Shown here: piece after piece, positions 24,699-34,965 of the stretch
Layout of the letters: each line of letters begins with the position of its first letter
Position numbering within the stretch: the stretch's first letter is position 1
Translations under genes and position numbers: made by a program
The notes under the pieces: generated by a model
Told to the model about the DNA's origin: nothing
The model's database searches: none
The model's input: the letters and a program-made list of their open reading frames with translations, nothing else
Origin: an uncultured delta proteobacterium
Lineage (GTDB): Bacteria; Myxococcota_A; Polyangia; Fen-1088
Direction of reading: 5' to 3'
DNA: 64,000 nt
Assembly: GCA_963767925.1 (NCBI GenBank)
Contig: CAVYGB010000010.1
Location: 32,001 to 96,000, forward strand

Positions 24699-25785
24699 AT
24701 GTCGTTCGTCACCGTCGACCAGCTCGTGCGCAAGGGACACGTCGCGCCGCCGGCCGCCAGCCGGGTGGAATGGCTGTGGGAGGAGATCCGCCGGCTCAAG
24801 CGGGAGAAGAACGCCTTCATCCCCGCCCACAACTACCAGGTCCCCGAGATCCAGGCGGTGGCCGACACGGTGGGCGACTCGTTCGAGCTGGCGGTGCGGG
24901 CCCGCGACATGGCCGCCGACCTGATCGTCTTCTGCGGGGTGCGGTTCATGGCCGAGGGCTGTTACACCCTCAACCCCAGGGTCCCGGTGTACCTGCCCAG
25001 CCTGCGCGCGCTCTGCTCGCTGGCCGAGGTCGACGCCGACGAGGTGGCCGAGCGGCAGGAGTTCCTGCGCGGGCTGGGCCGGCGCTTCGTCACGATGACC
25101 TACGTCAACACTTACGCCGACGTGAAGGCGCTGTCGGACACCTGCTGCACGAGCTCCAACGCCGCCCGGATCGCCGAGCGGCTGGGGGCGCCCGACATCC
25201 TCTTCGTGCCCGACCAGAACCTGGCCTACCAGGTGGCCATCCGCACCAACCGGATGTACCTGCCGCCGCCCGATCCCCACGCCTTCCACCCCAAGGAGTA
25301 CCTCGAGCAGATCGAGCCGCTGATGCGCGAGGGGGAGCGGCAGGGGCTGGTGGGCAACGTCTTCGCCTGGGAGGGGGCCTGCCACGTGCACCACCAGATG
25401 ACGGTGGAGGACATGGCCCGCATCCGGCAGCAGGACCCCGAGGCGGTGGTGATCGTCCACGGCGAGGTCAGGCCGGAGCTGCAGCGGGTGGCCGACGAGG
25501 TGCTGTCGACGTCGCAGATGGCGAAATACGTCGCCGCCCACCCGGAGAAGAACAAGCTCGCCATCCTCACCGAGTGCGGGCTGGTGGTGCGCCTCGAGCT
25601 CGAGCACCCCGAGAAGCAGTTCTACAAGCCCTGCCGCATCTGCCAGTACATGAAGGCCAACGACCTCGAGCTGGTCTACGAGACCCTGCGCGACGAGCCC
25701 CCCGACCGCAAGCATCACCGTCCCGGAGGACGTCCGGGTCGGCGCCGCCCGGGCCATGCTGAAGATGATCGAGCTGGCCGCCTGA
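24699..25785 (+). CDS. nadA: Quinolinate synthase (one extra base near 25698-25713)
   Basis: AHNYQVPEIQ, FCGVRFMAE, YVNTYADVKA, CTSSNA, CHVH, CQYMK. The expected C-terminus ITVPEDVRVGAARAMLKMIELAA* lies in the shifted frame. Confidence 0.93.
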
Positions 25786-25848
25786 GCTCGGGACTGTTTT
25801 CGAAGTAGTCGGGTTCCCTCGTTTCGCTCGGGCCCGACCAGGCCTCGA

Positions 25849-27249
<1,401 letters not shown>

Positions 27250-27358
27250 CGAGGACCGCGAAAGATAACAGATCGAGGCCCTCGGCGCCTCCGGTCTCTG
27301 CTTGACAGGGCGCGCGGCAAGCTCATCTTGCTGCTTCATTCGTGGGGTCCCGTGGGTC

Positions 27359-28447
27359 ATGAAACTCTTCGCTTGCCAGCATTGTGAGCAGATCCTCTTC
27401 TTCGAAAACGTCGTCTGCACCCGCTGTGGCCACAAGCTGGCCTACCTGCCCGATCGAGACGTCCTGAGCGCGCTCGAGCCGGCGGAGGCGAGCGAGGACG
27501 AGCGCTGGGAGGCCCTCTCCGAACGCAAGGAGAAGCGGCCGACCCTGTACAAGCTGTGCAGCAACTACCGGGAGCACGGGGTGTGCAACTGGGCGCTGGC
27601 GGCCGACGACAGCGACACGTTGTGCCGGGCCTGCCGCCTCAACGGCGTCATCCCCAACCTCGGCGAGCCGGACGCCCAGGAGATCTGGTCGCGGCTCGAG
27701 GTGGCCAAGCACCGGCTGGTCTACAGCCTGCTGGCCCTGGGCCTGCCGGTCGAGCCCCGCAGCGAGGCCAGCCCGCGCGGCCTGATCTTCGAGTTCAAGC
27801 GGGAGCAGGACGGCGAGAAAGTGCTGACCGGGCACCACGACGGCATCATCACCCTCAACGTCGCCGAGGCCGACGACCCCTTCCGGGAGAAGATGCGGGT
27901 GCAGCTCGGCGAGGCCTACCGCACCCTGCTGGGTCACTTCCGCCACGAGGTCGGTCACTACTACTGGCAGCGCCTGGTCGGCGATGGCGCGTGGCTGGAA
28001 CCCTTTCGCGAGCGGTTCGGCGACGAGACCGCGGACTACGCCGAGGCGGTGAAGCAGCACTACGACGCCGGCCCGCCGGCCGACTGGCGCGACCGGCACG
28101 TCAGCGCCTACGCCTCCATGCACCCCTGGGAGGACTGGGCCGAGAGCTTCGCCCACTACCTGCACATGGTGGACACCCTGGACACGGCCCGGGCCTACGG
28201 GCTGGTCCTGCGCCCGGAGGCGGGGTCGTCCCGGGCGGCGGCCCGGTCGGGCAAGCTGACCGCCCGCCGGCTCGACCTGCAGGAGTTCAACGACCTGCTG
28301 GCGGGCTGGGTGCCCCTCACCCTGGCGCTCAACAGCCTCAACCGGAGCATGGGCCTGGCCGACCTGTACCCGTTCGTCCTGTCGAAGACGGCCACCGACA
28401 AGATGCGCTTCGTCCACGACCTGGTGCTGGAAGCCGGCGAGGCCTGA
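27359..28447 (+). CDS. Zinc-ribbon plus putative zinc metallopeptidase (DUF2248-type)
   Basis: CQHC/CTRC ribbon, RHEVGHYYW (HExxH), YASMHPWEDWAE; TTGACA at 27302 upstream. Confidence 0.88.
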   Translation: MKLFACQHCEQILFFENVVCTRCGHKLAYLPDRDVLSALEPAEASEDERWEALSERKEKRPTLYKLCSNYREHGVCNWALAADDSDTLCRACRLNGVIPNLGEPDAQEIWSRLEVAKHRLVYSLLALGLPVEPRSEASPRGLIFEFKREQDGEKVLTGHHDGIITLNVAEADDPFREKMRVQLGEAYRTLLGHFRHEVGHYYWQRLVGDGAWLEPFRERFGDETADYAEAVKQHYDAGPPADWRDRHVSAYASMHPWEDWAESFAHYLHMVDTLDTARAYGLVLRPEAGSSRAAARSGKLTARRLDLQEFNDLLAGWVPLTLALNSLNRSMGLADLYPFVLSKTATDKMRFVHDLVLEAGEA

Positions 28448-28555
28448 TCCGGAAAAAACGTTCTCTGCGGGATCCTCGGAGGCTCGCGGCGCCGGCGGCC
28501 TGCGGCAGGGTGAATCCCTCCCCGGGGGGCGAGCTTCGTGATTTGATGCCGGGGC

Positions 28556-29257
28556 GTGCGAGGAAGCCTCTCCATCCCGCTCCTGCTGGCCGCGCTCCTG
28601 CCGCTCCCGGCGTCTGGCCAGGGCCCGGGGCTCCCGGCGCTCACGGTGGACTTCAAGCGGGCGCCGGTGGGCTCCTGGGCGGAGTACGCCATCCAGGTCG
28701 GCGAGGCGGGCGGCGCGACCCTGAAGGCGCGCTGGGCGCTGCTGGCCCGCGATGCCACCGGCAACACGCTCGAGCTGACCCTGTCCGGGCCGGGCGCAGG
28801 CGCCGCGCAGATCGGGGGCAAGGTTGTGACGCGCATGGTGCTGCTTCCCGATCCCATCGGTTCGGGCAAGCCGATCCGGCAGCTCGTGGTGCAGCTCGGT
28901 GATCGCGAGCCGGTCGAGGTGCCGCTCGATACCCCTGGCCTGCCCGGGCAGAAGTTCCAGAACGCCGATCCCAAGAAGCTCCTCGATCGCCCGTCGATCG
29001 CGGTGCCCGCCGGGTCGTTCGCCACCGGGCACTACCGGGATCTGCTCCCCGACAGCACGGTCGAGTCCTGGCTCAGCACCGACGTGCCCCCGCTGGGGGT
29101 GGTCAAGATCTACTCGGAGCCGCGCCCGGGCGCGCTGGGTCCGGGCGGCAAGCCGCTGCCGCCGGTGACCATGGAGCTCGTCGCCCACGGCAAGGACGCG
29201 CGGCCGGCCATCACCCGGCCCGCCCGCCCGCTGGCCGCGGGCCCCGAGCGGAGGTGA
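28556..29257 (+). CDS. Secreted hypothetical protein
   Basis: Signal peptide, beta-rich body (VGSWAEY, VPAGSF, WLSTDVPPLGVVK); GTGA overlap with the next gene. Confidence 0.75.
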   Translation: MRGSLSIPLLLAALLPLPASGQGPGLPALTVDFKRAPVGSWAEYAIQVGEAGGATLKARWALLARDATGNTLELTLSGPGAGAAQIGGKVVTRMVLLPDPIGSGKPIRQLVVQLGDREPVEVPLDTPGLPGQKFQNADPKKLLDRPSIAVPAGSFATGHYRDLLPDSTVESWLSTDVPPLGVVKIYSEPRPGALGPGGKPLPPVTMELVAHGKDARPAITRPARPLAAGPERR

Positions 29258-32200
29258 TCCCCGCAATGGCGCGACCCGGATCTCGACCGCTCCTCCCGCT
29301 GGCCCTGCTGGCGGCGCTCCTGAGCGCGGGCCCGCGGCTGGCGCGGGCCGCCGATCCGGCCGGAGCCCGGCTGGAGCGGCAATACCAGGAGGAGGTGCGC
29401 CCCTTCCTGCAGGGCTTTTGCCTGGGGTGCCACGGGCGGGACAAGCCGAAAGGCCAGCTCGATCTCAGCGCCTTTCCCGACGCAGCGTCGGTTGTGGGGG
29501 GCATCGCGAGCTGGCGCGCGGTGGCCGACGCCCTCACCGCCCGGGAGATGCCACCGGAGAAGGCCCGCCAGCAACCGGCCGAGGCGGCGCGCGCCCAGGT
29601 CGTCGCCTGGATCCATGCCCTCGAGCAGCACGAGGCGGAGCGAAACGCGGGCGACCCGGGCCGCGTGCTGGCCCGCCGGCTGAGCAACGCCGAATACGAC
29701 TACACCGTCCGCGATCTGACCGGCGTCGACCTCCGCCCCACCCGGGAGTTCCCGGTCGATCCCGCCAACGAGGCCGGCTTCGACAACTCGGGCGAGTCGC
29801 TCGTCATGTCGCCGGCCCTGCTGAAGAAGTACCTCGACGCCGCCCGCACGGTGGCCGAACACGCGGTGCTGGCCCCCCGGGGGCTGGTCTTCGCCCCCTA
29901 CCCTGCCGTCACCGACACCGATCGCGACCGCTACGCCGTCGCGCGCATCGTCGACTTTTACCAGCGGCAGCCCACCGACCTGGCCCGCTACTTCCTGGCC
30001 GCCTGGCGGTTCCAGCACCGGGCCGCGCTCGGTCAGCCGCAGGCCACCCTGGCGGCCGTCGCCGCCGAGGAGCGGGTGGACGCCGACTACCTCGGCACGG
30101 TCTGGCAGGCACTGGCCGGCGAGCGCGAGGAGATCGGCCCGCTGGCCCGCCTGCAGGCCATGTTCCGGGCCCTGCCCCCGCCCCCCGCGGCCGAGGCGGC
30201 GCGGGCCGGCTGCGGCGAGATGCGCGACTTCGTCTCCGAGCTGCGCCCGAAGCTGTCCCCCGACTTCCCGAATCTCGAGCTCAAGGGCGTGTCGGCGGGC
30301 AGCCAGCCGCTGGTGAAATGGAAGAACACCCAGCGCGCCCGCCACCGCTGGGCCTTCGATCCGGCCGCCCTGTACGTGCCAGCGCCGCGGCCCCCCGGCG
30401 AGGTGGGCCCCGGGACGGAGAAGGCGGTGGCCGGGCTGGCCATGGCGGTGGCCCACTTCTCCTTCCGGAACATCGTCCACGACTCGGCCCTGCCGATCCC
30501 CTACGGCGTGCACGAGCTGGCGGCCACCTTCGATCCGCCCGACCCGGCCCTGGCCATCCCCGACGAGGCCTCCCGGCCCCGCTACCAGGCGGCGTTTGCC
30601 CGCTTCTGCGCGGTCTTCCCCGATGCCTTTTACGTCCTGCAACGGGGGCGCGCGCACCTCGACCCGCCCAAGGACCGCAAGCAGAACGAGGAACAAGGCC
30701 GCCTGCTCAGCGCCGGGTACCACAACATGTTCGGCTTTTTCCGCGACGACCTGCCGCTCTACCAGCGCATCCTCGACGCCGAGGGCCGGCGCGAGCTCGA
30801 TCGGTTGTGGGGGGAGCTGGACTTCATCACCCAGGCGCCCCGGCGGCAACACGCGGACTACATCTTCTACGAGCGGGCGGAGTCGGGCAGCATCAAGGGG
30901 CCGGCCTTCGACTTTCTCCGCTCGGAGGACAAGAGCGCCACCTCGGAGGCGACAATCCGCCGCCTCGCCACCGCCTACCTGGCCAACGCCCGGACCAGCC
31001 TGCGCAGCGGCGGCGGCGACGGGCGGGTCATCCCCATCCTCGAGCGCTTCTTCCGGGACGTCTCGGCGAACCTCCGGCGGGTCGAGCGGGAGCAGCGGGC
31101 GGCCGAGCCCCGCCACCTGGCCGCGCTGCTGACCTTCGCCAGCCGGGCCTACCGGCGGCCGCTGACCCCGGCCGAGCGCGCTGGCCTGCTGGGGTTTTAT
31201 CGCTCGCTGCGCCGGGAGGGCCTGGATCACGAGGCCGCCGTCCGCGACTCGATCGCCCGCGTCCTCATGTCCCCCAACTTCCTCTACCTCAACACGAAGC
31301 CGGCGCTGGCCACCGCGCCGCCCGCCGCGGGGACCGGGGTGGGGCGGCTCGACGACCTCGCCCTGGCCAGCCGGCTGAGCTACTTCCTCTGGTCGAGCGC
31401 GCCCGACGGGCCGCTGCTGGCCGCCGCCCGGGCCAGCCGCCTGGGCCGTCCCGGGGGGCTGGCGGCCCAGGCCCGGCGCATGTTGAAGGACGATCGGGCG
31501 CGGGCCCTGGCGGTGGAGTTCGGCGGGCAGTGGCTCGACTTCCGGCGCTTCGAGGAGCACAACGCCGTCGACCGCGGGCATTTCCCCGGCTTCGACGGGG
31601 CCCTCCGCCAGGCCATGTTCGAGGAGCCGGTCCGCTTCTTCCTCGACCTCGTCCAGCAGGATCGTTCGGTGCTGGACTTTCTCGACGCCGACCACACCTT
31701 CGTCAACGCCCCGCTGGCCCGCCACTACGGCATGCCGGTCCCGGCGGGCGAGGCCTGGGTCCGGGTCGAGCAGGCCGGCCGGTACCAGCGGGGCGGCATC
31801 TTGCCGATGGCGGTCTTCCTGACCAAAAACGCGCCCGGGCTGCGCACCAGCCCGGTCAAGCGCGGCTACTGGGTGGTCCGGCGCGTCCTCGGTGAGCACA
31901 TCCCCCCGCCCCCCGCCCAGGTGCCGGAGCTGCCGGCCGACGAGCGCAAGATGGGCGAGCTGACCCTGCGCGAGATGCTGGCCCGCCACCGGGAGAACGC
32001 GGCCTGCGCCGGCTGCCACGCCCGCTTCGATTCGTTCGGGCTGGCCTTCGAGGGGTACGGCCCGGTCGGCGAGCGGCGCACGGTCGACCTCGGCGGGCGG
32101 CCGGTCGACACGCGGGCGTCGTTCCCGCCCGGCAAGGGCGCGGGCCCGGCGGCGGGCGTTGAGGGCCTGGGCCTGGCGGGCCTGCGCGATCACCTGCGCG

Positions 32201-32442
32201 CCAACCGCCAGGACGACTACCTCGACAACCTGTGCCGCAAGCTGCTCAGCTACGCCCTGGGACGTGGCCTCCTGCTCTCGGACGAGGCCACCATCCGGAA
32301 GATGCGGACCGGCCTGGCCGCCGGGGGCAACCGCTTCGGCGTGCTGGTGGAGACCATCGTGGGCAGCCCCCAGTTCCAGACCCGGCGGGTCGGAGACGTC
32401 AGCGCGGCCCTGGTGTCCCCGGGCGGCGGGGAGGTGCAGTAG
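29254..32442 (+). CDS. DUF1592/DUF1588/DUF1587/DUF1585-type cytochrome c domain protein
   Basis: Signal peptide; CLGCH, RRLSNAEYDYTVRDL, LASRLSYFLWSSAPD, TSPVKRGYWV, CAGCH. Confidence 0.9.
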   Translation: MIPAMARPGSRPLLPLALLAALLSAGPRLARAADPAGARLERQYQEEVRPFLQGFCLGCHGRDKPKGQLDLSAFPDAASVVGGIASWRAVADALTAREMPPEKARQQPAEAARAQVVAWIHALEQHEAERNAGDPGRVLARRLSNAEYDYTVRDLTGVDLRPTREFPVDPANEAGFDNSGESLVMSPALLKKYLDAARTVAEHAVLAPRGLVFAPYPAVTDTDRDRYAVARIVDFYQRQPTDLARYFLAAWRFQHRAALGQPQATLAAVAAEERVDADYLGTVWQALAGEREEIGPLARLQAMFRALPPPPAAEAARAGCGEMRDFVSELRPKLSPDFPNLELKGVSAGSQPLVKWKNTQRARHRWAFDPAALYVPAPRPPGEVGPGTEKAVAGLAMAVAHFSFRNIVHDSALPIPYGVHELAATFDPPDPALAIPDEASRPRYQAAFARFCAVFPDAFYVLQRGRAHLDPPKDRKQNEEQGRLLSAGYHNMFGFFRDDLPLYQRILDAEGRRELDRLWGELDFITQAPRRQHADYIFYERAESGSIKGPAFDFLRSEDKSATSEATIRRLATAYLANARTSLRSGGGDGRVIPILERFFRDVSANLRRVEREQRAAEPRHLAALLTFASRAYRRPLTPAERAGLLGFYRSLRREGLDHEAAVRDSIARVLMSPNFLYLNTKPALATAPPAAGTGVGRLDDLALASRLSYFLWSSAPDGPLLAAARASRLGRPGGLAAQARRMLKDDRARALAVEFGGQWLDFRRFEEHNAVDRGHFPGFDGALRQAMFEEPVRFFLDLVQQDRSVLDFLDADHTFVNAPLARHYGMPVPAGEAWVRVEQAGRYQRGGILPMAVFLTKNAPGLRTSPVKRGYWVVRRVLGEHIPPPPAQVPELPADERKMGELTLREMLARHRENAACAGCHARFDSFGLAFEGYGPVGERRTVDLGGRPVDTRASFPPGKGAGPAAGVEGLGLAGLRDHLRANRQDDYLDNLCRKLLSYALGRGLLLSDEATIRKMRTGLAAGGNRFGVLVETIVGSPQFQTRRVGDVSAALVSPGGGEVQ

Positions 32443-32443
32443 A

Positions 32444-33742
32444 ATGGCCGGCATGAACGGGCGGCGCTCGATTTCCCGCCGCGTCCTGCTCCGGGGCGCC
32501 GGGGTGGCGATGGCGGTCCCCTGGCTGGAGTCGCTGCCGGTGTGGGGCGCGACAACCCCGCCGAAGCGGTTCGCGGTGCTGTTCATGGGCAACGGCATCA
32601 ACGCCAACCACTGGTGGGCCAAGGGCGCCGGCCGGGACCTGCAGCTCGGCAAGAGCCTGCAGCCGCTCGAGCCGCTCAAGGCCAAGATGAACTTCATCAG
32701 CGGCCTGTACAACAAGCCCTCGGTCGGCGTCGGCATCCACCCGGGCATGACCGGCGGCATCCTGTCGGGCGCCCCCTTGCAGAAGGGCTCGGTGCTCAAG
32801 GCCGGCGTCAGCATGGACCAGGTGCTGGCCGAGCGCCTCGGGTCCGAGACGGTGCAGCCGAGCCTGGTCCTGGGCTGCGAGCAGCCCAACACCGGGTTTC
32901 ACGAGACCAACTACTCGATGGCCTACAGCTCGCACATCTCCTGGCAGAGCCCGAGCTCGCCGGTGCCGCTGGAGGTCTACCCCTCGCTGGCCTTCGACAG
33001 CCTGTTCGAGAACCGGGGCGGCAAGCGCCTGCGCAGCATCCTCGACGCGGTCAAGGACGACGCCTCTGGCCTGAGCCGGAAGATCGGGGCCAGCGATCGG
33101 ACCAAGCTCGACGAGTACCTCACCAGCGTGCGCGAGGTGGAAAAGCGGGTCGAGCCGCTGCGCCCGACCGCGGCCGCCCAGCGCCAGCCGGAGCCGGCGA
33201 CCGCCCTGGCCCGGCCCCCCAAGGGCCTGCCCGAGGATCTGCGCGAGCATATGAAGCTGATGTGCGACGTCGCCGCCCTGGCTTTCCAGACCGACCGCAC
33301 CCGGGTGATCTCGCTGATCTTGTGCCGGGATCTCTCGGGCCTGTTTTACCCCTTCCTGGGGGTGCGCGACGCCCACCACCCCGCCTCGCACCGCGACCTG
33401 TCCGACGACTACGAGGCGATCACCCGCTACTACTGCGGGCAGCTCGCCTACCTCGCCACCCGGCTCGACCGCATGCCCGAGGGAGAAGGCACCGTGCTCG
33501 ACAACGCCTGCCTGCTGTTCCTGTCGAACATGTGGGCCGGCTGGAGACACGACAACAGCCGCCTGCCGGTCCTGACCCTGGGGGGCCTCGGCGGGACCCT
33601 CCGCACCGGCCGCATCCTCGAGTATTACGACAAGCCCGACGAGGAGCGGAAGCTGTGCAGCCTCTACCTGTCCCTCCTGGACCGGATGGGGGTGAAGCTC
33701 GACCGGTTCGGCGACGCCGACCGGCGTCTGGCCGCCATCTGA
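32444..33742 (+). CDS. DUF1552 family protein with Tat-like signal
   Basis: SRRVLLRGAGVAMAVPWLESL, SMDQVLA, SILDAV, KLDEYLTSVREVE, AFQTDRTRV, HHPASH; usual partner of DUF1592 proteins. Confidence 0.9.
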   Translation: MAGMNGRRSISRRVLLRGAGVAMAVPWLESLPVWGATTPPKRFAVLFMGNGINANHWWAKGAGRDLQLGKSLQPLEPLKAKMNFISGLYNKPSVGVGIHPGMTGGILSGAPLQKGSVLKAGVSMDQVLAERLGSETVQPSLVLGCEQPNTGFHETNYSMAYSSHISWQSPSSPVPLEVYPSLAFDSLFENRGGKRLRSILDAVKDDASGLSRKIGASDRTKLDEYLTSVREVEKRVEPLRPTAAAQRQPEPATALARPPKGLPEDLREHMKLMCDVAALAFQTDRTRVISLILCRDLSGLFYPFLGVRDAHHPASHRDLSDDYEAITRYYCGQLAYLATRLDRMPEGEGTVLDNACLLFLSNMWAGWRHDNSRLPVLTLGGLGGTLRTGRILEYYDKPDEERKLCSLYLSLLDRMGVKLDRFGDADRRLAAI

Positions 33743-33752
33743 GCCGGCGCCG

Positions 33753-34811
33753 TCAGGGGAAGGCCAGCACGTCGGGCTCGCCGTAGAAGCCGGCCAGGGC
33801 CTCGATGTGGCGCTGGGCGAACTCGCGCCGGGCGACAACCGCCCGGATCTCGCTGGCGGTGAGCACGTCTTCGGGGTCGCTCTCCTCGGACATCAGGCGC
33901 TCGAGGTTGGGCACCGTGACCCGGGCCAGCGAGCGATACAGCCGGCGGGAGAAGCGCTGGGTGCGCCCCAGGAGCTGGCGGTTGCGCTGGTGCCCCTCGG
34001 GGTTGAGGAAGAAGGCCATGGTGTTGTCCATGAAGAAGAGCTGCGATCCGTCGGGCGACATCTTGATGTTTCCGCCCGAGTAGCGGTCCGGGTTGGCGGT
34101 GAGGAAGTCGAACAGGATGAGGTCCGAGAGCTGGGCGGCCAGGGGGCGCTTCTCGGGCGGGATGAAGCTCCCCTGGATCAGCCAGGCGCCGCCCTCGCGT
34201 AGCCCCTCGCCCGTGTCGAGCCCGGAGTCCTTGATCTCCGGGATCCAGTAGGAGAACACCCCCGCTGTCCGTCCGAGCGGATTGAAGATGGTCTCGGCCC
34301 GGATGCGGGGGACTGCCGGCGTGCTCTCCGGGTGCAGCCGGGCCAGCAGGTCCTCGCGGCTGACCGCGCGGGTGGTGGCGGGCGGGACGGCGGCGAGGCC
34401 GAGCAGGCGGTTGAGCCGGTAGGCGGCCACCTCCTTGCGGGGGACCGTCTGTAGATTTGTCTGGGCCGGCTTGAAGGCGGCCCGAGATCCGTCGGCGAAC
34501 TCGACCCGGAAGGAGAGCGAGGAGCCGCCCTTGTTGAGCTTGAGGCGCACGATGGGCTGGTTGCGCACGCGGGCCAGCAGCAGATCGTCCGCCATGCCGA
34601 GGAACATCCCGGCCGGCTCGGCGATCACGGCCGGGTCGGGCGGATAGGAGATGTCCCGCCGGACCGGGTAACGCAGGGCCAGCTCGGCCCGGGCGCGCGC
34701 CTCCATGTGCCGGGAGATGGTGGCGGCCGCCACCCCCATGCTGCCGCCGATGGCGAACAGGGCGGTCACCGCCAGCACCAGCTCGACGAGCACGTAGCGC
34801 AGCAGCGACAT
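33753..34811 (-). CDS. Membrane-anchored atypical kinase, Four-jointed/Fam20/PI3-4-kinase-like fold
   Basis: N-terminal hydrophobic anchor; GGSS loop, AAFKP, EVAAYRLNRLLG, SDLILFDFLTANPDR, FMDNTMAF. Confidence 0.7.
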   Translation of the reverse strand: MSLLRYVLVELVLAVTALFAIGGSMGVAAATISRHMEARARAELALRYPVRRDISYPPDPAVIAEPAGMFLGMADDLLLARVRNQPIVRLKLNKGGSSLSFRVEFADGSRAAFKPAQTNLQTVPRKEVAAYRLNRLLGLAAVPPATTRAVSREDLLARLHPESTPAVPRIRAETIFNPLGRTAGVFSYWIPEIKDSGLDTGEGLREGGAWLIQGSFIPPEKRPLAAQLSDLILFDFLTANPDRYSGGNIKMSPDGSQLFFMDNTMAFFLNPEGHQRNRQLLGRTQRFSRRLYRSLARVTVPNLERLMSEESDPEDVLTASEIRAVVARREFAQRHIEALAGFYGEPDVLAFP

Positions 34812-34854
34812 CGCCTACCGCTCCCGCCCGGAGGGGACGCCCGCCGCGGCTACG

Positions 34855-34883
34855 TTGATATACAGAGTAACATAAAATACAAT
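34855..34883 (+). promoter_or_regulatory. sigma70 promoter of the GNAT gene
   Basis: TTGATA-N17-TACAAT in a strongly AT-rich island. Confidence 0.7.
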
Positions 34884-34965
34884 CTTCATGAGAGGCAACG
34901 TGGAGGCCGGCGGGTCGGACGGGAACGCCGGCCGGGCGCGCCGCCGGGTCGTCGCGAGAACAAGG

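Noticed and set aside
29110..33838. Minus-strand ORFs of 1260 and 479 aa
   Set aside because: Shadows of the DUF1592 and DUF1552 genes
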